The position numbers and the translations under genes are program-made. The notes under the pieces were generated by a model that worked only from the letters and a program-made list of their open reading frames with translations, did no database searches and had not been told where the DNA came from. This document shows, in pieces, positions 10,036-18,684 of a DNA stretch of 64,000 bases. Source of the DNA: an uncultured cyanobacterium (GTDB lineage: Bacteria; Cyanobacteriota; Cyanobacteriia; Phormidesmidales; Phormidesmidaceae); contig CAWBZI010000001.1 of NCBI GenBank assembly GCA_963793265.1, positions 608,001 to 672,000 of the forward strand, read 5' to 3'. The stretch's first letter is position 1; the number at the start of each line of letters is the position of its first letter.

Positions 10036-10647
10036 ATGTCTTTACCGCTATCTAATAGCTCTAGCTCTGAGTCGTCAGTACACAAAGACTCAGCAGATAC
10101 GGTTGTATATGCAGCACTCGAGCGCGGCGACGCCAAAGCTTTAGGCATTTTGTATGACCGCCATGCGGGGCTAGTATATGCCATTGCTCTCAAGGTTTTG
10201 AGCAATACGCAAGCAGCAGAAGATTTGACCCAAGACATCTTTGTGATGCTTGCAAACACGAAGCAGTACAACCCCAAAAGAGGCGCACTACGGACTTATC
10301 TAGCGGTTTTAACCCGGTCACGGGCTATTGATCGGCTGCGTTCAAAGGGGGCAGCTTCTCGCAAAATTAACCGGCTCCAAAGTCTTCAGTCGCGATCGCC
10401 CACAGACAACGTACCGCTAGAGAAAGTCAGCCAGTACGAACAAAATTACACCGTACGGGAGGCGCTATGTCAGCTTTCAACTGAAGAACAGCAGATTTTG
10501 AACATGATGTATTTTGAAGGGCTTAGCCAGTCGGCAGTTTCGCAAACGCTAGGTGTTCCGTTGGGAACAGTAAAAACAAGATCTCGTCGGGGACTAACAA
10601 AACTGCGACAGATTTTAGGCGATTCTGTTCTTACGGACAAAGCTTAG
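10036..10647 (+). CDS. ECF (group 4) sigma-70 factor, SigK/SigI-like
   Basis: Region 2 (LYDRH...AEDLTQDIF...RSRAIDRLR) and region 4 (YFEGLSQ...LGVPLGTVKTR). Confidence 0.92.
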   Translation: MSLPLSNSSSSESSVHKDSADTVVYAALERGDAKALGILYDRHAGLVYAIALKVLSNTQAAEDLTQDIFVMLANTKQYNPKRGALRTYLAVLTRSRAIDRLRSKGAASRKINRLQSLQSRSPTDNVPLEKVSQYEQNYTVREALCQLSTEEQQILNMMYFEGLSQSAVSQTLGVPLGTVKTRSRRGLTKLRQILGDSVLTDKA

Positions 10648-10650
10648 AAG

Positions 10651-10677
10651 GAATCCACATCTATCATAAGAAGCGTA
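10651..10677 (+). promoter_or_regulatory. Putative ECF sigma promoter for the anti-sigma gene (GAATCC-N17-CGTA)
   Basis: GAATCC acatctatcataagaag CGTA in the 72-bp gap between the sigma and anti-sigma genes. Confidence 0.6.
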
Positions 10678-10719
10678 CCTAGTTTAGTAGTTCCATTCAC
10701 TTCCCTTTAACAAGGCGAC

Positions 10720-11544
10720 TTGATGAGTCAGTCATCACCAGCAGAAAATATATCTTCTCTCGTCGCAGGGTATGTACTCGGCACGCTAGATGATGTCGAG
10801 GCAGAGATGTTTGCCCAGCTTGTGCTGGAAGATCCCACGGTGCTAGAAGAAGTTGACCAAATGCAGGCGGTGCTAGAGCAGACTTACGCGATAGAAGAAA
10901 TTGCACCGCCCTCTCAGCTTAGAGAAAAGGTTTTGGCAGCATCAGCGACATCGGCAGCGGTCGCTCAACCTACATCCCTATTCTCACAGCCTCTACAACC
11001 ACAACCTCTACAGCTACCAGAGCCTACGGTTGAGCAGCCACACACACGCTGGCGAAAAGCTGCTTTAGCTACCCTTGCTACAGTGCTAGGGCTTAGCGCG
11101 CTGACTAACTTTGTTCTATGGCGTCAGCTCAACCAACAAATCGCCACAGCCCCTAATAACCAAACGGTAGAGCAGAGCGCTGAGTCTTTAGACTATAGGC
11201 TAACCTCAACAGAACCAGCAGAAACGGGAACGGCTGAGGTGACCGTTGATCCAGCCAGCCTGACAGCTCAGATTCAAGCTCAAGAACTGCCAGCGATCGC
11301 ACCTGATAAAACCTACGTACTATGGGCCGTACTCAATCCAGAAGCCCCTTTCACCACTGATGAGAAAGGAGCCATCTTAACCACAGCTTTTCAGGTAGAC
11401 GAACAGGGCAACGCCAGCGAAACAACTTCAGTTCCCGCCGTATTCAGACAGCCCGAGCTGATTGTAGCCTTGGGCATCACGGTGGAATCTGCTGATTCGC
11501 CGCAGAGCCACACAGGCGCTCCCGTACTACTTTCACCGCTCTAG
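10720..11544 (+). CDS. Anti-sigma factor, RskA family
   Basis: N-terminal AGYVLGTLD..E...F, PP..LREKVL, a single TM helix, and C-terminal Y.LW...GITVE...P....G.PVL. Confidence 0.88.
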   Translation: MMSQSSPAENISSLVAGYVLGTLDDVEAEMFAQLVLEDPTVLEEVDQMQAVLEQTYAIEEIAPPSQLREKVLAASATSAAVAQPTSLFSQPLQPQPLQLPEPTVEQPHTRWRKAALATLATVLGLSALTNFVLWRQLNQQIATAPNNQTVEQSAESLDYRLTSTEPAETGTAEVTVDPASLTAQIQAQELPAIAPDKTYVLWAVLNPEAPFTTDEKGAILTTAFQVDEQGNASETTSVPAVFRQPELIVALGITVESADSPQSHTGAPVLLSPL

Positions 11545-11713
11545 CATTCTCAGAGAAGCTACCGTAGGGCCTTTAAAGATCTCACTCTTATGGCTATGGA
11601 GGGATATCTACACTCGTAATAAACCGCTAAGCTTGCGATATTAAATATGTCAAGTGGCTAAGCGCAAACTGTTCTTGCGAGGTCACCCAAGCTCAAACAC
11701 ACAGGTAGCCCCC

Positions 11714-12004
11714 ATGGACAATAAAAATTTAATTGAATCGTTTTACGGCTGGTATCGTGGCGCAATTCGTGACCCAAAGTGGCGCTGGTTCATCATCCTG
11801 GGCACAGCACTCTATCTTGTTAGCCCACTAGATATTTCACCAGATATTATTCCTATCATTGGCTGGCTAGACGATGGTATTTTGGCAACTTTGCTAGTGA
11901 CTGAACTCTCTTCTTTAGCGATGGATTATTTAGGCGGCCGTAAGGAAACAGCAGCTACTGCTGATGCAGAAGACGCGACTGTTATTGATGTTGAAGTTAG
12001 CTAA
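11714..12004 (+). CDS. YkvA/DUF1232 family membrane protein
   Basis: YLVSPLDISPDIIPIIGWLDD motif; ATG at 11714 preferred over the upstream GTG. Confidence 0.88.
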   Translation: MDNKNLIESFYGWYRGAIRDPKWRWFIILGTALYLVSPLDISPDIIPIIGWLDDGILATLLVTELSSLAMDYLGGRKETAATADAEDATVIDVEVS

Positions 12005-12038
12005 TTTTAGATTGTTGATTAGTTAAGTTTAAGAGCTT

Positions 12039-12091
12039 AAAAAGAGTGTTGATAAGGTTTTTCTAAAAGAGAACTTTATTAGCACTCTTTT
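12039..12091. terminator. Bidirectional terminator between convergent DUF1232 and SBP genes
   Basis: AAAAGAGTGTTGATAAGGTT...AACTTTATTAGCACTCTTTT imperfect inverted repeat. Confidence 0.7.
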
Positions 12092-12104
12092 GCCTTAGGG
12101 GCAG

Positions 12105-13958
12105 CTACTCACTTGCTGCTGGAGGTGCAACAGGAACAGCTTCAGGAGAGTTGTTTTCTTCGGGTACAGCAGGCGGCGCGGCGATTGGTTCAACGGGAGC
12201 ATCTACCGGAGCCCAAGTGCCGATATCCCAGGTACTCGTGTCCCAAGGTGTCGGGTCTACGCCAGTGATGCGATCGCTCAACCCATTAATCACCGCCCGA
12301 CGCACCAGCGGAATCACCACATAATCCTGCGCCAAAATAGTGTTCAACCGCTGAAAAAGAACACTTCTCTTATCAGGATCTAGCTCCTTACTCGCCTGCT
12401 CCCACACCTTGTCATATTCAGGATTACAGTAGCGGCCATTGTTTGGCCTTTGCCACTGATTTTTTTGAGAAGCAATCTCATCACATAGCCACCAGCTCAT
12501 ATAGATCGCAGGATCAGGCGTGTCGCTGCCCGTGTTGTACTCCTGCATATCTGCATAGAAGTGGTTGAGACTGCGAGTCTGAGACGGGTCGGCTGAAAAG
12601 AAGTCTTCGGCAACCACCCGGCTAATATCAACATCGATACCGACAGCCGCTAAGTCCTCTTTGATCATCTCCTGAGTTTGCTGGCGCACCGGATTGATTG
12701 GCGTTTGGAACACCATCCGCATTTCTTCGCCGTCTTTATCGCGAATCCCGTCTTCGTTAGTATCTACCCAACCGGCCTCATCCAGCAGTTTGTTAGCGCG
12801 CTCGGGGTCATGACGGTAGTAAATGCTAGGGTTCGCGTATTCTTCGGGGTAAGGAAGGAGCTGGTTCGTTCGCTGGCCTGCGTTGCCGTATACCTCGTAG
12901 GCGATCGCATCTCTATCAATCGCATAGTCCACTGCCTGACGCACTTTCACATCACTTAAAAAAGGATGCGGATTATCCACACTAGAGCGTTCACCCTTTT
13001 CAGTTTCTTCATTGGGATCGGTCAGGTTAAGCATCAGCCGCTCCACGTAAGCGCCAAACGTTGCAAACACGCGCCCGGCTCCACCTGCTGCTAGAGACTT
13101 GCGATCGTCAATACTGAGCTGTACGTTATGAGCGAAATCAGCGTCGCCATCGCGCAGCACTCGCTTTGCCGCCACATACGGCGTCACGCCGCCCTCTAGC
13201 TCCACAATTTTAAAAGCAGGTAGCCCGTCTCGAAACTGTTCGTTCGCCGCAAACGTCCACCGCCCATCCACAATTGTGATGAAGCGAAAAGGGCCAGTGC
13301 CCACTGGCTGCAAGTTTGCAGGCGCACTGCGAGCATTAATTCCCTTGGCACTCTCAAACACGTGCTTGGGCAAAATCATGCCGTTTTGCCCTGTGAACGG
13401 CAGCGCCCAAGAAGGATTGGGCTCTTTGAAAGTGATTTTCACAGTCAGCGGATCGACGGCCTCTACTTTCTCTATTGCCTCGTAGTACTTTTCTGTTACG
13501 GCTGCGACTTTCGGGTCGCTCACAAACTCGTAAGTAAAGACAACATCTTCAGCCGTAAAGGGCTGACCGTCTGACCAACGCACGTTGGGCTTTAATCGCC
13601 AGGTAACCGTGCGGCCATCCGCAGCAATGCCCCCATTTTCAGGCGTAGGAATCAGCTCAGCCAATACCGGCAGCAAATCGCCATTGGGCTCGTAAGTCGC
13701 TAGGGGTTCGTAGACAATTCTGGCGGCTTCAAAGTCTTGAAAGCCATTAGCCAAATGAGGATTTAGCGTCGTCGGAATTCGGCTGTACAGCAGCTTAAGA
13801 ACGTATTCATCGCGTACGTCTAGCTCAACCTGTTCGTTTGTTTTGTTCAGCGTAAAGGGTTCAGAGCTAACCACTTCTGTCGTGTTAGTAGACCTAGACT
13901 GACAGGCCGAGAGCGCTAGCAGCCCAGCTAAAGGAATCGCTAATAGAGAAAATCTCAT
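12105..13958 (-). CDS. Peptide/nickel ABC transporter substrate-binding lipoprotein (family 5, OppA/DppA-like)
   Basis: Lipobox LSAC; LKPNVRWSDGQPFTAEDVVFTY, PVGTGPF, D.KVRQA..YAIDR. Confidence 0.92.
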   Translation of the reverse strand: MRFSLLAIPLAGLLALSACQSRSTNTTEVVSSEPFTLNKTNEQVELDVRDEYVLKLLYSRIPTTLNPHLANGFQDFEAARIVYEPLATYEPNGDLLPVLAELIPTPENGGIAADGRTVTWRLKPNVRWSDGQPFTAEDVVFTYEFVSDPKVAAVTEKYYEAIEKVEAVDPLTVKITFKEPNPSWALPFTGQNGMILPKHVFESAKGINARSAPANLQPVGTGPFRFITIVDGRWTFAANEQFRDGLPAFKIVELEGGVTPYVAAKRVLRDGDADFAHNVQLSIDDRKSLAAGGAGRVFATFGAYVERLMLNLTDPNEETEKGERSSVDNPHPFLSDVKVRQAVDYAIDRDAIAYEVYGNAGQRTNQLLPYPEEYANPSIYYRHDPERANKLLDEAGWVDTNEDGIRDKDGEEMRMVFQTPINPVRQQTQEMIKEDLAAVGIDVDISRVVAEDFFSADPSQTRSLNHFYADMQEYNTGSDTPDPAIYMSWWLCDEIASQKNQWQRPNNGRYCNPEYDKVWEQASKELDPDKRSVLFQRLNTILAQDYVVIPLVRRAVINGLSDRITGVDPTPWDTSTWDIGTWAPVDAPVEPIAAPPAVPEENNSPEAVPVAPPAASE

Positions 13959-14040
13959 CACAAACTTTGCACCCAAACTAAACACTCGCAGCTTATCAAC
14001 CTACTGGCTGTCTCAATATATTCAAACGCTGTTAGGGCAA

Positions 14041-14568
14041 TCAGCCATTACTCGACAAAAAAGGCAAGACTTCAGCAACCCGATCAGACACCTGCTCGCT
14101 CGAACGCCTCGCCCAATACTCGCTTAAAAAATGAATTTGCCGTAGCCCCACGATCAGATTTAAACCTGGAATAACAATCCACCAGCAAACTAAAGGCGCA
14201 CTCAATCCTTCAGCGACATACAGCCGGTTGATCTCTCGATACAGCCGATACTGAACGATATAAATCCATAAAACGCCTGAGAATGCCAGCCAGCTAAACC
14301 AGCTTGGCACATCTGGATCGAACCGAGCGAGCGCTAATGGCACGACAATGCCGAGGACGAAAGGAATAATGCATACTGCGCCTGACCATACGTTTGCGAT
14401 CGCCTCATCCGACTCAGATTGCTGAGCAGCGTAAGCTTTCAGCTCGTCTTGAATCATCCACTTGTAGTAGCCGTAATACAGCAGCCCAGACGCTACCGAG
14501 CGTAAAATGACGCGAGTTAAGGGGCGAGGTGTGCCCACAGCAGAGGTCGCCGGAGAAGTAGCAGTCAT
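14041..14568 (-). CDS. Membrane protein, DUF4234-like
   Basis: Several hydrophobic helices; LYYGYYKW and IPGLNLIVG motifs. Confidence 0.55.
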   Translation of the reverse strand: MTATSPATSAVGTPRPLTRVILRSVASGLLYYGYYKWMIQDELKAYAAQQSESDEAIANVWSGAVCIIPFVLGIVVPLALARFDPDVPSWFSWLAFSGVLWIYIVQYRLYREINRLYVAEGLSAPLVCWWIVIPGLNLIVGLRQIHFLSEYWARRSSEQVSDRVAEVLPFLSSNG

Positions 14569-14669
14569 GGAGAAAAAGGCACTAGCAAAAGTTTTTGTAT
14601 CCTAGCGCGAGTTGGAGCGCCTTGTTCTGAGATCTGTTTCGAGTAAATCTATGCCTCGTTTCAACAAAG

Positions 14670-14700
14670 TGTCCTGACTCAGCTAAGCAACTGAGTACTA
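14670..14700 (+). promoter_or_regulatory. DIF1-like promoter of sRNA copy 1 (TCCTGA at -35)
   Basis: TGTCCTGA at 14670-14677, 36 nt before the shared motif; GTACTA 17 nt later. Confidence 0.5.
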
Positions 14701-14706
14701 ATAATT

Positions 14707-14814
14707 GGTAGATGCACCCTGATGTTTCCTCGGCTGTCATACCCTCGGTTCACGCTTGAATTCACACTTTTGTGGCGATGCGTACTGTCGGTTGATTAGC
14801 TGAGGATTTTTTTT
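14707..14814 (+). ncRNA. Putative NsiR1-like small RNA, copy 1 (~108 nt)
   Basis: Begins GGTAGATGCACCCTGA; stem TCCTCGGCTGTCA/TGATTAGCTGAGGA followed by T8; no ORF. Confidence 0.65.
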
Positions 14815-14837
14815 GTTTTTAGCTGGCTTGCCGTATT

Positions 14838-14867
14838 TGTCCTGAACCCAATCGCCGCCTTGGAATA
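14838..14867 (+). promoter_or_regulatory. DIF1-like promoter of sRNA copy 2 (TCCTGA at -35)
   Basis: TGTCCTGA at 14838-14845, again 36 nt before the shared motif; GAATA 17 nt later. Confidence 0.5.
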
Positions 14868-14874
14868 GTTAAGT

Positions 14875-14929
14875 GGTAGATGCACCCTGACCATTCCCTG
14901 GCACTTTTTAGCGCTAGGGAATTTTTTTT
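14875..14929 (+). ncRNA. Putative NsiR1-like small RNA, copy 2 (~55 nt)
   Basis: Begins GGTAGATGCACCCTGA; stem ATTCCCTGGC/GCTAGGGAAT followed by T8. Confidence 0.7.
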
Positions 14930-14931
14930 GC

Positions 14932-14961
14932 AAAAAAAGCCGCTAGCGAAGTAGCGACTTT
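14932..14961 (-). terminator. Intrinsic terminator of the 15002-15508 gene
   Basis: Minus strand GTCGCTA-cttcgc-TAGCGGC-TTTTTTT. Confidence 0.7.
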
Positions 14962-15001
14962 CTTTCAACGATCATTCTTTCAACGATCAAAGGCGTCAGA
15001 A

Positions 15002-15508
15002 CTACGCAGACTCAGCCGCTGGTTCTTCAGCAGGTTTCTCCTCAGCAGCGGGTTCTACAGGTTCGTCACTAGCAACGGGAACCTCAGCAACCGGTTCAGT
15101 CGTTTCAACGGCTTCGGCAGCAGGTGCCGTTGATTCAGTCGTTTCGCTAGAGTCAGCAGCCACCGACTCACTGCCATCAGCCGCTTCAGTTTCAGAAACT
15201 TCGGGCACTTCAGGTTCAGCGACCTTTGCAGAAGGCTTAGGCCCACGTACTAAAGCAGGATTCATCGGCCCTTTAGGCTTATCGTCCTTGCCTCGGCCCT
15301 TACCTTTACGTCCCTTGCCTTTACCACCCCGACCACTGTCACGATCGTCGCGGCTATAGGTCTGACTCTGGCTTTCGCTTTGGCCTTCGCCGCTGTCTTT
15401 GCGATCAGCCTTCTTAATCGGTGGAGGCACGTTACTAACAGGTGCAGGCGTGGGCTCAGCCTGCTTTGCCGCCTCACGCTCACTTTTTTTGATAGGACGC
15501 TCTGCCAT
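15002..15508 (-). CDS. Conserved low-complexity hypothetical protein
   Basis: MAERPIKKSER start, GKGR-rich segment, NPALVRGPKP motif, acidic tail. Confidence 0.7.
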   Translation of the reverse strand: MAERPIKKSEREAAKQAEPTPAPVSNVPPPIKKADRKDSGEGQSESQSQTYSRDDRDSGRGGKGKGRKGKGRGKDDKPKGPMNPALVRGPKPSAKVAEPEVPEVSETEAADGSESVAADSSETTESTAPAAEAVETTEPVAEVPVASDEPVEPAAEEKPAEEPAAESA

Positions 15509-15577
15509 CGATCTCTCCGCTGTATTACGTAAATTGCCAATTAATGGTATCACGTGCGATTGAGAGAAAAGCGCAGC

Positions 15578-15961
15578 TTAGCTAGGTGGCCAGCCATCGT
15601 CCGTTTGAGGAAGCGGGCTTTCGCTGCCCAGCAAAGGCGTTTCACCGTCAGAAGATGCGTCAATTGTCTTGCCTACTTCGCCGTTGTCCAGCACTGCTTC
15701 AGGATCAAAGTTCAGACCTAGTACATCAATCAGCGCGTCTTCATCTGAGTTGAGCTGATAGAACGGCACCATTAGGTTAGAAAGCTTAGGCTCTAGGGCA
15801 TTAACAACGCCTAGAATAAGGAATGAGGACGGTCGGCGTCCGCCTTCGGGTGTGCGTACGGAAGTCGTAGACATCTGAACTTCGAGCCAGGTACGGTTGG
15901 CGCGGAAGTAGTCCAGCCATTTGTCTCTGATAACCGAAGTAAAGTTCTCGAAAAAGGCCAT
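15578..15961 (-). CDS. DUF5331-like cyanobacterial protein
   Basis: KWLDY...NR.W, RRPSSFLILGV..ALEP.L, L..LGLNFDP. Confidence 0.75.
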   Translation of the reverse strand: MAFFENFTSVIRDKWLDYFRANRTWLEVQMSTTSVRTPEGGRRPSSFLILGVVNALEPKLSNLMVPFYQLNSDEDALIDVLGLNFDPEAVLDNGEVGKTIDASSDGETPLLGSESPLPQTDDGWPPS

Positions 15962-16098
15962 TTTTCAACCTGTAAGGAATTGCGAGCAAACTGCAACGGG
16001 GGCGTTTGCTATTCTACGCTTGTGCATGTAGCCCCAATATCGCAGCAATCTAACACCCTTCAGGCGTTATGACTAGACTATGAACAAATTTTGTTGTT

Positions 16099-17256
16099 TT
16101 AGGGCTCTAGCTGCATTCCCGTTCGTATAAACGGACTGCTGACTTCTAAGTCGCCCGTCTTCACGCCCTTGGTCACATCTACGCCGGGCTCTCTTCGCTC
16201 GTTAAAGTCTGCGATCGCCCGATTCACTTCCGTCGCAATCTGCTCATGAGACTTGGTAACGACCGGATCGGCTTCTAAAAGCTGGAACTTGTAATAAAGC
16301 ATTTCAGAGAACTCGCCCAAATTACCCGAAAGCACCTCGGCAGGCGAAAGATTCAGCGGCCCCGTCTCAGTGATTTGCTCAATAAGCTGCGGGCTCAACG
16401 TCGCCTGAAACTGCTGAATGTAGGCCCAGGCGATAGAGCGCACTTCTGATTGCAGCTCACCTTTACGGGCGTAGCTCGCTACTTTTTGGGCCAAAGCTAC
16501 CCATTCTGGGGCTACCCAACGGCTCAGCGCGCGATCTAACTCAAACGTCTCGACCACTTTATTCACCAGCGCTCGTCCGCCCGAACGGCTTAAAGAACCA
16601 TCGTTGAGCGTGGCTACTACCGTTTGCACCAGGCTTAATAGCTCACCCGTTTTTTGCCAGTCTGTATCATCAGGTGCAAACTGCTGTAGGTAGGCGCTCA
16701 CCACGTTGCTAACGGTCGCCTCTTGTTCACGCCGCCATACGGAAACCTGCTCGGCTAAGAGCTGGGCGCTTACGTCTACGAGGGTAGGGTCTACGCCTAA
16801 GCTTTTGGAGGCTGCGATCGCCTCATCTATGAACCGCTCTAGCTGAGCATTCTCAATTTGCACAGTCGTCAAATTTGCAACAATTGCCCCGATAGTTGCC
16901 CGCAGCTCAAGATTGTTTTCAGGCTGTCCAAACGTCACCACGTAAGCGCGTAAGACATTGAGCACCTGACTCAGATTTTTAATTGAAGCAGGCTGGTTAC
17001 GCTTGGGCCGACCTGGCAGGTCGCGAGGCGGCTCAGCGCTTTGAGTAGCAGGGTTTGGGGAAGGCGCTGACGAATCTGCTGGCATATCTGGGGGCACAGA
17101 AGGCAAGGGGGTAGAAGAACGCGTTACTACGTCAGACGCTTTAGAAAAGTCTGGTGTTTCTTCATCGTTACTGGCAGGCAATGCGGGGACTTGATTATTC
17201 GTTTTTTTCTTAAAGAGACGAAATATATTGAAAAAGCGAAGAAATTTCCGAAACAT
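16099..17256 (-). CDS. Hypothetical protein with internal helical repeats
   Basis: 385-aa ORF co-oriented with its neighbours; no family recognised. Confidence 0.7.
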   Translation of the reverse strand: MFRKFLRFFNIFRLFKKKTNNQVPALPASNDEETPDFSKASDVVTRSSTPLPSVPPDMPADSSAPSPNPATQSAEPPRDLPGRPKRNQPASIKNLSQVLNVLRAYVVTFGQPENNLELRATIGAIVANLTTVQIENAQLERFIDEAIAASKSLGVDPTLVDVSAQLLAEQVSVWRREQEATVSNVVSAYLQQFAPDDTDWQKTGELLSLVQTVVATLNDGSLSRSGGRALVNKVVETFELDRALSRWVAPEWVALAQKVASYARKGELQSEVRSIAWAYIQQFQATLSPQLIEQITETGPLNLSPAEVLSGNLGEFSEMLYYKFQLLEADPVVTKSHEQIATEVNRAIADFNERREPGVDVTKGVKTGDLEVSSPFIRTGMQLEP

Positions 17257-17324
17257 AGCTAGTTTTTATTCCCCTGATTTGATGATGCAAATCGCTGAGC
17301 CGTTAAGCTGCGGTGAAAGACAAC

Positions 17325-18323
17325 CTACGTCAACGCTAGTTCGTACTCAATAGCGCTCTGAATCGTAGCCGCGACCGACTCGGCCAAAGCACGGTAATCA
17401 TAGCCGCCTTCTAGCCCAAATAAAATCTTTGGCGTGAGGCGCATACAAGCTTGGGTAAACCAGCCGTAGTCTTCAGGCTGCAAAGAGACGCTCGCCAGCG
17501 GGTCGGCATGGTTAGCATCGTAGCCCGCACTCACAATCATAAAATCGGCATCAAAAGCCTTCAGGAATGGCTGTGCTTTAGCTTTCCAAAGCGCTTGATA
17601 GTCGGCAAGCTGACTGCCTGCTGACATTGGGATGTTGAGAACGTTATTGTGCAGGCCCGTTTCGGTAGGCGCGCCTGTGCCAGGGTAGGCCGGAGACTGA
17701 TGGAAGGAGCAGTAGGCAATGCGATCGCACGCCTCAACCAAAGACTGAGTGCCGTTACCGTGATGCACATCCCAGTCGAGAATAGCGACTCGGTTGACTT
17801 CCGGTAGATTGGCTAAAGCATAGTGGGCTGCGATCGCCGCGTTCGAGAGCAAGCAAAAGCCCATTCCCCGCGCATACTCGGCATGATGACCTGGTGGTCT
17901 AACCAGCGCAAAAGCAGGCGAGCCATATTGCCCCACCCAGTCCGCACCATCCAGCCAAGCCGCCACCGCCAGCAGCGCCAGGTCATAGCTCTGGGTGCTC
18001 ATGATAGTGTCGGCATCTACCTGCCCCCCGCCCCTTTTCGCAAAAGCCTCAAGCGCCTTCACGTAACCTGCCTCATGCACCCGATAAATGTCCGGTAATA
18101 CGGCCCTATCAGACGGATTTATCCACTGAATTTTTGTGGCCCAATCACGCTTAGAAGCCGTGCCAGAATCACTGCCATAAACATCGTTTTCTGAGTGCTT
18201 TTGTTGACAGTTCTTAAGGTAATCTACGACCGCCGTCAAACGGCCCGCATTTTCAGGGTGGGTAGCGCCCGTATCGTGGCCTAAGAATAAACTGCTATAA
18301 AAGATGGGAAACTTTTGTGCCAT
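17325..18323 (-). CDS. Histone deacetylase / acetylpolyamine amidohydrolase family protein
   Basis: HPE...RL, RPPGHHA, GFC, DWDVHHGNGTQ, SAGYDA..DPL, LEGGY. Confidence 0.95.
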   Translation of the reverse strand: MAQKFPIFYSSLFLGHDTGATHPENAGRLTAVVDYLKNCQQKHSENDVYGSDSGTASKRDWATKIQWINPSDRAVLPDIYRVHEAGYVKALEAFAKRGGGQVDADTIMSTQSYDLALLAVAAWLDGADWVGQYGSPAFALVRPPGHHAEYARGMGFCLLSNAAIAAHYALANLPEVNRVAILDWDVHHGNGTQSLVEACDRIAYCSFHQSPAYPGTGAPTETGLHNNVLNIPMSAGSQLADYQALWKAKAQPFLKAFDADFMIVSAGYDANHADPLASVSLQPEDYGWFTQACMRLTPKILFGLEGGYDYRALAESVAATIQSAIEYELALT

Positions 18324-18684
18324 AAGGGTTACAGAGCATTAGACAACAGCCTATTCACAGCCCAAAGGAGCCGTAAAAAAGGGGTAAAACATGATAGAAT
18401 ATTAGCCATATTGAATGCTGCTTTAAAGCCTTACGTTACATGCCAAAAAAAGACTTCTGACCTGTTTTCTTAGGTGAGCAAACAGGTGAGCAAATAATCT
18501 AACTGATTCAATCGTTTTCAACGGTTTGCTGTTAACAGTTTGCCAACCCAATTTCTTTCTAATCTTCTATTAAGATTATTTACTGCATAGCGCCACTATT
18601 CAACTGTGGCGCTATGCAATTGAAGACCGCCATTGTCTTTCAGCCTTTCTCGTACTTTCCTCGAATTTTTCTGGAGCTTCCTAC

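Noticed and set aside
14706..14890. Two identical 17-mers considered as a CRISPR array
   Set aside because: Only two copies, repeat too short, a 151-bp interval containing a terminator and promoter, and no cas genes.
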